A stretch of 64,000 nt of DNA from Octopus sinensis (GCF_006345805.1 NC_043000.1:79236001-79300000), one strand, 5' to 3'; numbered from the stretch's first letter, positions 48,629-61,664 are shown. Notes: generated from the sequence alone by a model not told the origin. Program-made: numbers and translations.

Positions 48629-49460
48629 TGTATATAGTTATTTACTTCCATTTGTTTATTTATCCGTGTATTTTATTTTATTATGTTTTCAGTTTTGTTT
48701 ATATTGTAACCAATTTATGGGGATCCTCTTCTGTCATATGTTGTGGAACACTATGGAAAGGACAACGAAGAAAATAGGGAAGGCCAACTCTTGGTATGAT
48801 AGCCACAAATACCAGAGTGTCATGTTCGTTGGCACCACCCCTAGAGGTGAACTGGCATACCGCTTTAGAAGGGCCCTAGACAAACTTAAGCTAAGGATTA
48901 AGGTTGTTGAAAAGCCAAGCAACCCTATTAAATCCATAATCGGTAGAATTTACCCTTTTAGTAGAACCCCCTGTACGGATAGGTACTGTACTGTGTGTAG
49001 ATTTAGCCCACAAACAAACTGTAAAGCCAGAAATGTAGTCTATAGTATAAGATGTATAGAGGGACAATGCAGTAACAAGACAACAACATACATAGAGGAA
49101 ACGGCACAAAGCATAGGAGAGCAGGTAAATGAAGATTGGAGAGAACTTAAGGAAGGAAAGAGCTCATCGATTCTATACCAACACGCCGAGCAGGAACACG
49201 GGGGATCAATCAACAACATAGAAGTTAAAATCTTGTCCACACATAGAACAGACGCAACAATTAGACAAATTACGGAAGCTACACACATAATAGAAGATAA
49301 ACCTAGCCTGAATAGGAAACTGGAATGGAACACTAGCACACACCACAACATATGACAGAAGAGGATCCCCATAAACTGGTTACAGTATAAACAAAACTGA
49401 AAACATAATAAAATAAAATACACAGAGAAATAAATAAATGGGAATAAATAACTATATACA
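48629..49460 (+). mobile_element. PLE 3' fragment (Cys-rich linker + GIY-YIG) with about 118-bp inverted termini
   Basis: ORF 48666-49355 CTDRYCTVC...NCKARNVVYSIRC...HAEQEH...RQITEA..I...KPSLN; arms 48629-48746 / 49343-49460. Confidence 0.9.
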
Positions 49461-49588
49461 TTTTTTTTTTAATTTTTAATTTTTTTAATTAAAAAATTTT
49501 TTTTCATTATTATTATTACTACTAGTATTGTTGTTATACATACATACAAGCATATGTAATAATAATAATAATGATAATAATAATAATG

Positions 49589-49644
<56 letters not shown>

Positions 49645-49647
<3 letters not shown>

Positions 49648-50673
49648 CCGAGGGAAGTACGGCAATTATTGTTGCAAAGAAGGTGAAAATAATGGCAACG
49701 AAAAAAGCGCACGAGCAATTGGCTGATAGGTGGGAGGAGAAACCTCTGCACGGCAAATATGTGACCCGCAGCAAACAAGCTGATGTTGACCAGAAGCAAA
49801 CCCATCAGAGGCTACGGAGCTCAGGGCTAAAAGCAGAGAGCGAAGGTTTCATCCTGGCTGCTCAAGATCAAAGCCTATTAACCCGGAACTACCAGGCCAA
49901 TGTGATGAAAAATGGAGCAGACCCAAAATGCCGATTCTGCAACGACATGATTGAAACAGTGGACCACCTAATCTCTGGATGTAAAGTCTTAGCTCCAGTG
50001 GAGTATAAATTAAGACATGACAGAGTTGGCCAATATCTACACTGGCTAATAAGTTGGCATTACAATATCAAAACTGCCGACAAGTGGTATAATCACCACC
50101 CTGAGGCTGTAACTGAAGGAGAAAATATAACCATTCTGTGGGACTTTCCAATACATACAGACCGAACCATCAAGGCCAATAAACCAGATATTGTTGTGAA
50201 AGACCAAAACAATAAAGTTTGCTTATTGATCGACATGAGCATCCCCTGTGATCATAATATCTCAGCGAAAGAGTTTGACAAGCTCAGAAAATATAAAGAC
50301 CTACTCATTGAAATTGAGAAAATGTGGCATCTCAAGGCGGTTACAATACCAGTGATCGTAGGAGCACTAGGAATGATCAAGAAGGGAACCGAAAATTATA
50401 TGAGAATAATCCCTGGCTTACCATCTCTGCAAGAAGTGCAAAAGATTGTCTTAACTGGTACATCACACGTATTGAGAAGAGCATTGTCGATGTGAGAACT
50501 GTTGCTGCTCATGTATTTTAATTTAACTTAGAAAAAAAAAAAAAAAAAAAAATGAACGAACTATTGAGTTTGGTTTAATGGCCTACCAATGTATACTATG
50601 AGTTTCTTTGCCCTAGGAGTCGGGAAGACACTCGGCAAGAAATGAAAGCAAATTTGAAAGAAGAAAAAAAAAG
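49645..50673 (+). mobile_element. Second 5'-truncated R4/Dong-like LINE in an (AAT)n tract
   Basis: ORF 49683-50495; 13 substitutions vs the 29262 copy over about 850 coding bp; (AAT)n on both sides. Confidence 0.93.
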
Positions 50674-50719
50674 TAATAATAATAATAATAATAATAATAA
50701 TGTTAATAATAATAATAAT

Positions 50720-51150
50720 AAGTGGATGTAAACACATGAACAAAATAAGAATAAATAAAAACAAAAACAAATTACACGAACGTATATAAACAAAAGATAC
50801 AAATATTACAGGCATCCCCTCCACACACACTAACTAAACATAGATGCACATAGAGATATACGCATGCGCAAATGGAAACACATACAATAGAAATACAAAA
50901 TGGCTGACGGTTAGTAAGGAGAGACACAAATAAGAAAGAAGAAAGCAAAGGACCACTGATGCGGTCACAGGAGTGTGACGAAAGAACTCTGGCCGAAATA
51001 AGATTAAGATTAATGTAAAAAATAAATAATGCTGAAGCAAAGTAACACCAAATATATAGTGCGTGTGTTTTTATTGGCTAAACTGGCAAAATGACCATTC
51101 AGAAATACATCAATATCTGTTTCAACACACAATTTCCCATAAAAAATCTT
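50720..51150 (+). repeat. Pseudo-LTR-like repeat, same family as 32850-33250
   Basis: aagtggatgtaaacacatgaac...ggaccactgatgcggtcacagg...aaatgaccattc shared. Confidence 0.85.
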
Positions 51151-51194
51151 GAACAACAAATATATATATATATGTATATACACATACATACATA

Positions 51195-52255
51195 CCGAGG
51201 ATGATGTTGTGGTGACACAAAGAGGTGGATAGCACTATAAAGGCAAAAAAGATGGGCCTAGAAAGACAGGAAAAATGGTAGAAGCAGGGAATTATATCAG
51301 GTAGCCAAGAGGGTGGCTAGGCAACAGATTTATATAGCAAAAGGAGCAGTAGAAGATGAGAGGTTTGTCAATGTTTTACAGTATGAGGATCGGAGGTGGG
51401 AGGTGTTCAGGATTGCGAAGTAGTGTATCAGAGAGAATAGAGATGTGGTGGGGGAGAAATGTGTGCAAATAAATAATGGCATGCTTGCACTTACTGACTC
51501 AGAGAAGAAAACTGCATGAAGGTGCCACTATGAGAGGTTGTTGAGTGTGGAAAATGAATGGGAGAAGGAGAGTCTTTTTAATATCAAACCAATTGAGGTA
51601 CCAACCATCGGCGTTCATAGTAGTATAATAGTTAGGGGTATGAAGACAAGAAAGCTCCTGAACCATTGATTATCACTGCCAAGATGGTTAGAATATCTGA
51701 GAGTGTGATATACAGCTTAGTCACTTGCATAGTTAATAAGGCTAATCAGAAAGATGTCATCCCCAATGACTAGTGTAGAAGTATTATAGTAGGCTGCTAC
51801 AAGGGTAAAGGTGATACTTTAGATAGAAACAACAACAGAGGTATCAAACTGCTGGACCAGGTCATGAAAGTTATGGAGAGAGTTACAGCTCAATTGATTA
51901 GGAATAGAATTAAACTAGATGAGAAGCAGTTAGGTTTTGTTCCTGGGAGGAGTATCATAGATGCCATCTTCCTGGTGAGTCAGTTGCAAGAAAAGTATAT
52001 AAGTATATGGCCAAAAGTAAACCATTGTACTTAGCTTTTGTCAATCTGGAGAAAGCCTTTGACAGAGTTCCCTGCTCTGTTATCTGGTGGTCTCTAAGGA
52101 AGCTAGAAGTAGAGGAGAGGCTTGTTGAAACCGTACAAGCCATGTACAATGGTACTGTCATTAAGGTGAGAGCCGGCCATGAATACAGTGATGAATGTAA
52201 TATACAAGTAGGGGTTCACCAGGGCTCAGTTCTTAGTTCACTCTTATTCATCTGT
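51195..52255 (+). mobile_element. Old RTE RT fragment
   Basis: YKGKGD.LDRNNNRGIKLLDQVMKV, LAFVNLEKAFDRVP, GVHQGSVLSSLLF. Confidence 0.85.
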
Positions 52256-52536
52256 TCTTATTGCAGAATCTGAAGCAGAATTAAAAATAGTTCCAGGTAT
52301 GGAAACAAAACCTGGAATCAAAGGGCCTTAAAGTGACACCAGTAAAAGAGTAGCTGTGAGTGCAGCAACACTGTTGTAAAATATATCTTTACTGCATTAA
52401 ATGATAAGATGTTGACCAACTCAAAACATATTGTGGTTTTCTAGTTTTCTATCATCAATGAAGTAGGAATATTATTGACGAAAGATTCATGGAAAAGCAG
52501 GGAAGAAATAATAAGTATAAAGAAAATGAAACTTAC

Positions 52537-52560
52537 AGGGAATGACTTGAAACAATCTCT
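52537..52560 (-). CDS. Candidate 24-bp micro-exon E3 (phase 2-2): EIVSSHS(L)
   Basis: ttgtttttaaaattag acceptor, CT|gtaagt donor, no stop, keeps frame between E2 and E4; skipping it also keeps frame. Confidence 0.5.
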
Positions 52561-52789
52561 CTAATTTTAAAAACAAATATCGCGATGTAATTTATAAGGA
52601 ACATGACAGAAAATGTGTCTTGTAATGAAGCAACAACTGAGCAAACTAATTCTAATCTATAAAGTTTTACTTTAAATATAGGAATGCATTAGAATAATGC
52701 AGTTGTGCTTTACCAGTGACAGCTACAGTAAATATTAGAGAAGTAAAAACTCTCGGAAATAGCTATATTACTTTTTGTAAACTTTATAT

Positions 52790-53246
52790 ATGCAGGTGTA
52801 GTTTTGTGGTAAGAAGTTTGCTTTCAAACAATATGGTTCTGGGTTCAGTTCCACCTTGGGAAAGTGTCTTCTACTGTAGCCCTGGGTTTACCAAAGCCTT
52901 GTGATTTGGAAAATGGGAACTGAAAGGAACACATCATATGTGTATATACATGTTTATATGTAGGTATGTGTGCATGCATGTATGTATGTGTTACTGTCAC
53001 CTTCTTTGCCTTGACATCACATGATAGTTCTAAACAAGTGTCACTGACATGCACAGGGTGTCCTTCATTTCTCAATATTCAATGAAAACATGCCTGGTCA
53101 TGGGAAAATATTAACTTACTTGGAAACAGTTGAGGGTAGTAACTGGAAGCATATCCAGCCATAGGAAACCTACCTCAGCAAATTTCACCCAACCCATGCA
53201 AGCATGGAAAAATGGATGTTATAACAATGACGACGACGACGACAAT
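52790..53246 (+). mobile_element. Diverged SINE family A followed by an RTE-type tail
   Basis: ctgggttcagttcc B-box, ggaactgaaagg; tail aacccatgcaagcatggaaa..(GAC/GAT)n. Confidence 0.65.
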
Positions 53247-54939
53247 GATGAATATATAATTTTAAATTTATGGGATATTTGTTTAATAAACATTACATTT
53301 ATTCTCGGTGTAGAATGCTAATTAAGTGACCACACAACAGGTTTTGTCTATCCACGAGCAGAAAAAGTGGTTGATTTATTTAAATTATTTTGTTTTGTTA
53401 AACATTCACCTAAAACTGATTAAACATCCCCTGTTCACAAAGAAATTAATAGTTTATACATTTTCACAGTAAAGTTAAATTGTATGTTTATTCTATCTTA
53501 CATTGCAAATTATCTCAATATAATTTATTAGACAGAAGGCAGGTGTTACTTCATTTTATGAAGTAACACCTGTCTTCTTTCTCCAAATAACTGTGATCCC
53601 ACACACATGCGCACACACATACACACAAACACACACACTCACACACATGCACGCACACATGAACACACACCCACGCACTGAAAAGTATTTGGGAGTAAGA
53701 AGTACAACCAGCCATAAAAACCAAGCCAAAAATAGGAAGAAATAAATAAAGGAAATGGAGACATTAGCTCAACAAATCACATCATCGGTGACTCATCTAA
53801 GAAGGTAGTAACTCAGAATAAGAATTGCGCAGATCACCTCTCTAATGCCAGTATTATTTAGTTTGTTCTCAGATTAGTCCTTCAATAGTGTCTCCATCCT
53901 TGTTGGCCCTCCATTCATCTTGATATATCACCAATAGTTTATGCTGGCAACCTAGCAAAATATATATAGTATTTATCTGTCCTTCCCTATTCAAAGCAAG
54001 AGAGTATGATTTAAGGAAAATCTGGTTGCTGTGTAGAATTTATCATAGCTCTATTGCAGATGAAGGGCTACAAAAATACTTCATAATTATTCAGTGTTAC
54101 AACTTGAAATTACATCACCCTCAAATCACATCCGAGGTTATCAGTCTGATCAGGGTTCAGCTGCAATTAAACAACAAAAACTACTACTATTACTACTACT
54201 ACTACTGCTGTTGCTATGGTTGCTGCCCCATAGCTATTGAACCTCCCAAATCATTCAGCTATTTTCATGGATCAGATAAAATTTGATCTGATAAAGTAAA
54301 TAGTAATCAACTGATTAAACTAAACTATTTTGTTTAATCAGCTATCCATTTAGCCATTTAATTAAACTTGATCAAGCTAATTATGTAGTCAACCAATTAT
54401 TTAGAGAAAACCAACTAACCTGTCCAGCCTCTATGACTGTAATAGTATCCAGAAGGCTTCACAAACTAGAAAAGCTATCAGGTTGATAGCACATACCACT
54501 TAAATCTTTCATGTAAGAAAGCTCTGAGAAACTACAGGCTGTACCCTCTCCTCATCTTCTCCACCATTTTCTCATCTTTCCCCTGGGCTCCATAATAAAA
54601 AAAATGATACAGAATGCTAACCTTCACCAATCCTTATAACAGGTGAAACCCAAGATCAATTGATCAGACTTCTACCTACCAACCCTAACAGCAATATCTC
54701 TAAAGAGAATGCAGCATACCTAGACCATCACACTATATCTCATGTGATTAATAGTATAACAGTCTCTGTTTCTAAGTGCTGGTCAACTCATCTTCTAACA
54801 TCATTCTTGTTGTGTTCAATCTTATAGGCTCTGCAATTGTCACTGCACACTGTCTTTCCTTTCCATATATATATGTTTCTCTTCCTGCTCATGTCTTTAC
54901 TCTTTACTGCAGGTAATATATATATATATAAATATATAT

Positions 54940-55236
54940 ATCACCTGATCACGTGACTTACCAGACCATCAGATGTTGTTACACATCGCTGGTCACAATG
55001 CGTTCGCATTGTTTTCGCCTTCGAATGACGCCACCCAGCTGGCTAAGCGAGCAGGCCAACAGAAGAAAGAGTGGGAGAAAGAGTGGTGAAAGAGTACAGC
55101 GGGGATCACCACCCCCTGCCGGAGCCTCGTGGAGCTTTTAGGTGTTTTCGCTCAATAAACACTCACAACGCCCGGTCTGGGAATCGAAAGCACGATCCTG
55201 CGACCGCGAGTCCGCTGCCCTAACCACTAGACCATC
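54940..55236 (-). mobile_element. SINE family B
   Basis: Reverse complement of 6003-6275. Confidence 0.9.
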
Positions 55237-55339
55237 GTATATCTGCTCTATTTTTTTTTGTGTGTGCTTATCTATCCTATATATGAACTACTGATGATAT
55301 GTTTGTGTGTGTATAATTATTTATATATGTATATATGTA

Positions 55340-57451
55340 TTTTTTTACACGTTTCAGCCATTTGATTGTGGCCATGCTGGAGCACTGCCTTTAGTCAAAC
55401 AACTCAACAGGGCTTATTCTTTGTAAGCCTAGTACTTATTCTGTCGGTTTCTTTTGCTGAATTGCTAAGTTATGGGAATGTAAACACACCAACATTGGTT
55501 GTCAAGTGATTGTGGGGGAAGAAACCCTGACACACAAACATATACATATATATATCATCATCATCATCATCATCATCGTTTAACGTCCGCTTTCCATGCT
55601 AGCATGGGTTGGACGGTTCAACTGGGGTCTGGGAAGCCCGAAGGCTGCACCAGGCCAGTCAGATCTGGCAGTGTTTCTACAGCTGGATGCCCTTCCTAAC
55701 GCCAACCACTCCGAGAGTGTAGTGGGTGATTTTATGTGCCACCGACACAGGTGCCAGATGAGGCTGGCGAACGGCCACGCTCGGATGGTGTTTTTTTTAT
55801 GTGCCACCGACACAGGTGCCAGACGAGGCTGGCAAACGGCCACGATCGGATGGTGTTTGTTACGTGCCCACAGCACGGAGGCCAGTCGATGCGGTACTGG
55901 CTACGGCCACGTTCGGATGGTCTTCTTATGTGCCACCGGCACTGGTACCACAAAGATGCAAATTCCATTGATGTTCATCGATTTTGATTTGGTTTGATTT
56001 TGATTTTGATTTTGATTTTCACTTGCCTCAACAGGTCTTCACAAGTGTCCCAAGAAGGAAGGTATGCACAGGTGGACTGACTACATCCCAGGTAGGGGCC
56101 ATGGGTTCTGGCCTCACATGTCCTGCCGGGTCTTCTTGCGCACAGCATACTTCCAAACGTCTCGGTCTCTGGTCATTTCCTCGGTAAGACCTAAAGCGCA
56201 AAGGTCGTGCTTCACCACCTCGTCCCAGGCTTTCCTGGGTCTACCTCTTCCACAGGTTCCTCAACCTCTAGGGTGTGGCACTTTTTCACACAACTATCTT
56301 CATCCATTCTTACTACGTGTCCATACCAGCGTAGACGCCTCTCTTGCACGCCATGCTTCTTAGGTCCAACTTTTCTCTCAAGGCACTTACACTCTGTCGG
56401 GTATGAACACTGACATTACACATCCAACGGAGCATACTGGCTTCATTTCTTGCGAGCTTACGTATATCCTCAGCAGTCACGGCCCATGTTTCACTGCCAT
56501 GTAGCATGGCTGTTCGCACACATGCATCATACAGTCTGCCTTTTACTCTGAGTGAGAGGCCCTTTGTCACCAGCAGAGGTAAGAGCTCTCTGAACTTTGC
56601 CCAGGCTATTCTTACTCTAGCAATTACACTTTCAGCACACCCACCCCCGCTACTGACTTGGTCACCTAGGTAACGGAAACTATCAACTATTTCAAGTTTT
56701 TCTCCCTGGAATGTGGCGGAAGATGGTCTCTGCGCATCTTCAGTCTTTATTGAACCAGAGCATCTGCCACATACAAAAACTATCTTCCTGGTTAGCCTTC
56801 CTTTGACATTGCTGCACCTCTTATGTGTCCATAGCTTACACTTGGTGCATCTTATAGAGTTCCTACCTACGTCTTTTCTACAGATCGAGCAGGGCCATCT
56901 ACCTGAAGGTGTTTGAGATTTGTCTACCTTCCTACTTATTACGACTTTGGTTTTAGCTAGATTGACTCTAAGGCCCTTTGATTCTAATCCTTGCTTCCAC
57001 ACCTGAAACTTCTCCTCCAGTTCTGATAGTGACTCAGCAATTAGAGCAAGGTCGTCAGCATAGAGGAGCTCCCATGGGCATCCGTTATTGCCTGGAGGAC
57101 TATGATAAATAGGAGGGGGCTGAGGACTGAGCTTTGGTGGACCCCAACCTCCACCCGGAATTCTTCACTGTACTCGTTGCCAACCTTCACCTTACTAACA
57201 GCGTCCCTGTACATGGCACGCACAGCTCTCACTAACCATTCATCTATCCCTAGTTTCCTCATTGACCACCAGATAAGGGATCGGGGGACCCTGTCAAAGG
57301 CTTTCTCCAAGTCAACGAAAGCCAGGTACAGAGTTTTATCTTTGGCTAGGTATTTCTCCTGCAGCTGTCTCACCAGAAATATAGCATCAGTGGTGCTTTT
57401 CCCTGGCACGAAACAAAACTGCATCTCGTCTAGGTTGATATATTATATATC

Positions 57452-57486
<35 letters not shown>

Positions 57487-57615
57487 ACAGGCTTTTTCAG
57501 TTTCTGTCTACCAAATCTACTCACAAGGTTTTGGTTGACTTGAGGCTATAATAGAAGACACTTGCCCAAGATGCCATGTGGTTAGGCAGCAAGCTTCTTA
57601 CCACACAGCCACACC
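55340..57615 (-). mobile_element. SINE family A split (3' half 55340-55550, 5' half 57480-57615) by an RTE insertion
   Basis: The halves join across the central TA microsatellite in the order expected from intact copies. Confidence 0.8.
55555..57437 (-). mobile_element. 5'-truncated RTE LINE, 1.9 kb
   Basis: QFCFVPGKSTTDAIF, LAFVDLEKAFDRVP, LLYADDLAL, CSIC/CTKC/CGRC insert, FRYLG, MLHGSETWA; 3'UTR tandem units; (CAT)n at 55555. Confidence 0.95.
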
Positions 57616-57616
57616 A

Positions 57617-57765
57617 TAGACAGACAGACAGACAAGAGGCAGGCAGACAGACCGACAGACCGACAGACAGGTAGGCAGACAGACAGACAGACAGACAGTC
57701 AGACAGACGGACGGACGGACGGACGGACGGACGGACGGACGGACGGACGGACGGACGGACGGACG

Positions 57766-57809
<44 letters not shown>

Positions 57810-57820
57810 GATAGATAGAT
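57617..57820. repeat. Compound tetranucleotide microsatellite (CAGA)n(CGGA)n(TAGA)n
   Basis: Direct inspection. Confidence 0.97.
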
Positions 57821-58128
57821 AGGGAATAATGTATCAGGGTCACTCCTAAATGTTCATCCAACTCCACTGTACCATAGGACCATTTGGTCAGAGTGAACTT
57901 GAAGCTGCTGAACAACAACTAGCCATCCTATATCACTATAGTTTGAAGAGCTCACACTGCACTGAACAATAAAGTGGATTTACTTTTGAGGTTTGTCTCT
58001 TTCTTCTTCAGCTCATCTCTTCCACTATCAACAAAATTTCCACCATACTAAAAACATGCCTTCACTTCAAATGCTTTAAATTTAAACAATAAAAAGTTTA
58101 AAATCCAGTGTTTATAATAAAGACTTAC

Positions 58129-58189
58129 GGCCTTAAATCTCCTCCGTCTTCATGTCGTGGATGAACAATAACAAAGGAGTAGAATCCTT
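58129..58189 (-). CDS. Host metalloprotease exon E2 (61 bp, phase 1-2): GFYSFVIVHPRHEDGGDLR(P)
   Basis: Long pyrimidine tract ending ctccag, donor CC|gtaagt; resembles the start of the ADAM/ADAMTS prodomain (YEIVxP-type). Confidence 0.85.
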
Positions 58190-58349
58190 CTGGAGAAGAA
58201 TAAGAGATAAAGAGAAAGAGAAAAAATTTGTGGTGGTTGAAAAACTGGTTTAAGAGGTTTTAGGCTTTGTTTGGTGCTTCATTGTTTTTAAACCCAATGT
58301 ATCTGTGTATGTCCCTCTGTGAGAGTGTGAGAGAGAGAATGAGAGTGTA

Positions 58350-58395
<46 letters not shown>

Positions 58396-58455
58396 TGTAT
58401 GTGTGTTTGTGTGCATGTGTGTATGTGTGGGAATGTGTGATGATATGAATGATAT

Positions 58456-58488
<33 letters not shown>

Positions 58489-58530
58489 ATATATATGTGT
58501 GTGAGTGTGTGTGTGAGTACATGCACACAT

Positions 58531-58570
<40 letters not shown>

Positions 58571-60474
58571 TATATAAATTCAGAGCACTAATTGAAAACT
58601 ATAAATTCTACATCTTCAGTAGAGTAACTAGTCCCATCTATCCTCTGGAGACAAGAACAGCCAGCAATATCCACTGCAATCACGCACTGTACATCAGAAG
58701 TGTAGTTTCCTCATGTACAATGGTCACAGCTCAATTTGACTGAGGAGAGAGGCAATCTGAAAACTGAAGACACCAAATGGTTCATCACTGATTGTCATGA
58801 ACTCTAACTTTAACAGAATTATCTTCACTCATCTGTGTGGAGAGTAGCAACACCAATGTTTCCAACTAAAATAACTAATTTGGCATTTGAAAATGTGCCA
58901 CAATATTTGGTGTCCCAAATGAAGAACTTGCCCTATCTGAACAGAAAATGGATTATTCCATCTGGACATCTGCCTTTGCTGCAGTCAAAGCAGGTTCTAG
59001 TTCTGTCCTAGTGTCACATTAGATAATGGAATCATGATAGCATATTAGATTATGTAGTGTTCACGATGTATTATATAATGTAGTCCTAATGACACATATA
59101 TAGTCTTAATATAGTCTTAATAACAAGTTAGATAATGTAGTCTTAATGACACATTATATTATGTAACCCTAAGGATGCATTTGCTCGTCTTAGTATTTTC
59201 TCTGTGAGTGGAAACACACAGAAAGATTGAAGCTGAGTAAAATTTGGTTAATAGCAAGATCAGAGACCTATTGTTTTAGTGGTAATATAAACATCATCTA
59301 GACTAATTTCTTTGTTTACTATTTTCTGATTGTGGCTTCACTGGAACACTTCCAGCATTCATTTTCCTGTGAAATGTAGGATTGAGAATACAAGAATTTT
59401 ATTGTGTATAAAGGGTTGAATTTAAAGTGAAGTATACAGTGAATATAGGGAATTTATTTGATGGTGTATTGATGGAAGAGCTAGTTGTATTAGAGTGGTA
59501 GGTGGAAACATTAAACGATATTGATACAAATTCTGTTGCTATCAATCTCTTAAAATCTATACTCTACTGGTGGATTTAGAGATACAACCACCTCTTATCA
59601 AGTGATACAGCCTCCTCTCTTCCACCTTTCCCAGGAATCAACCAGTCTGAAATTTTAAGAACTCTTTCACCTTATTCATTCTAAACATCTGAAATCTTCG
59701 TAACACTTTAGGAAGTAAAAGTGCTAATGGGCTTTTAGTGCACAAAAGCATCATTAACCCACTTATTATCATCTTGTAGAAATATCATGATAGATAAACA
59801 CTTCTCAGTTGTTGCTATTGTTAATTGCTGCCTTGATTAAACAGACCTGTGCTCAAAGACTTAGCCATAACCATCCTGTCTTTCCTTCAAACATATTATT
59901 AAAAACACATTATCAAGTGTGTTCCTTTTGAAAGTGTTAAAAAGTGATCTGAAAAATATTTAGGTGTTATTTCTAGCAAGTCAGTCAACCATTCAGAAAG
60001 TATAACTTTGACTCCACATCTCCTTGATGGTGGTCTTCTCCAGGGACTGTATAGTTGGATGAGAATCACTTGAAGGTAGGGAGATTATAGACTTTAATAA
60101 TTCTAAATTAAGGAACTTACATAGGAGGATTATATTTGGTACTTTAATAGTGTGATATTGAGGGACATACATAAGAGGATACTGTTTGGAACTGGGTTGG
60201 CTTTTTCTAAGTGTTTGATGGCAAAAATATATTGGGTGGGAAAAGGGTTGTTAGTTTAGAATTTATAAAACTCTGACCAATTTATCAGATGTTTGCAGGA
60301 ATGAGACTGGGGTGAGATATATTAATGTGAAATGAGAGTTAATAATGTGGCATCGTTCTGGTGATTCTATTGGTGCAAAGTCTGGATGACTAAACCAGCA
60401 TCAAAGACGAGAAATGGAACAAGTTTGGCAAGAAAAACAAGTAGTGTTATTGGTTCTTGTAATATAATAGAAAA

Positions 60475-60477
<3 letters not shown>

Positions 60478-60546
<69 letters not shown>

Positions 60547-60547
60547 C

Positions 60548-60585
<38 letters not shown>

Positions 60586-60595
60586 CAGTAGTAGC

Positions 60596-60643
<48 letters not shown>

Positions 60644-60785
60644 GGTGTCAATCACAGACAAGATGGCAGAAGCAGTAGCAGCAGCAGTAGTGGTAGAGGC
60701 GATGGCAGTGGAAGTGGTGGTGCTAGTCGTGATAGTAGTGGTGGTTTGGTGATGGTGGTGGTGGTGGTAGTAGTAGTAGTAGCAG
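60478..60785. repeat. (AGT)n/(GGT)n microsatellite
   Basis: Direct inspection. Confidence 0.97.
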
Positions 60786-60790
60786 ACATA

Positions 60791-61664
60791 TAGGGTGTTC
60801 AGGCTAAATTTGACAATATCTTGTGTCACCTTTTTTCAGAAAGTTTGATGTATTGGTAAAAGGTCAATGGCATTGGAGAGCATAAAAATTGAAGTTGTAG
60901 CTGAGAAATAGCTGACATGGTGGACTGGAAGTGACCTGAATATTGGAAAAGAGTTATATGTATCATGATGATTTACACCAGGTGCCAAAATACTAACACC
61001 ATGACTGCTGCTCAATGCTGTGAAATCTGTAAAGGCTGTCAGTTGTGATGTGGACAGCTACAATGGAAACTACGAAGCCATGGCCAGCAGGAAGGGACAT
61101 GGTAGGCATTCTGACAACATCCATAAAATGGAATTTATCTCCACATATTTGAACAGGGTCCTAGTCTCAATTCAAGTAGCTATGTGAAACTGATGGAGAC
61201 TGGTCAAACCCTGGCTGGAGAGGGTTGCTGCTGGAGGACCATATGTGTGTGGCAGTAAGATTCAGCTCCTTGTTCTACTTCCAGAAAGAGTCGGAAGTGA
61301 TTATTGGAGAATTTCTACAACTTCACCAGCCCCAATTTCTGGCCTCCTAATTCTCTGATTGTAATCCCATGGATTTCTGTGTATGGGGCATGGTTGAGAA
61401 AGACACCAACCACTCTGCCTGCAACACCAATGCCAAGCTGGTGACCAAGACCAAGGAGATGGTCTAAGATCTTCCACTGAGAGGAATGCATGCACTATGT
61501 TCTGGAGCTATCTTGAGATCATGGTGGAAGGTGACAAAAGCTCCTTTGAGTAAATATTTATCTCCAATCATAATCTAGTTGTTATTTATTGATTTTTTTA
61601 AATACTTTTATTTTTGGATGGGATATTATGTTTTCTTTTCCTGTCAAATTTTGCTTGAACACTG
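60791..61664 (+). mobile_element. Second internally deleted DD37D (maT-type) Tc1/mariner
   Basis: TIRs tagggtgttcaggctaaatttgac / gtcaaattttgcttgaacactg with TA flanks; VKPWLERVAAGGPYV..DSAPC..FWPPNS.DCNPMDF.VWG. Confidence 0.88.

Noticed and set aside
59320-59366. 47-bp candidate exon KMNAGSVPVKPQSEN
   Set aside because: Weak donor, and its phase-2 start is incompatible with the phase-1 end of E1, which joins E2 directly.
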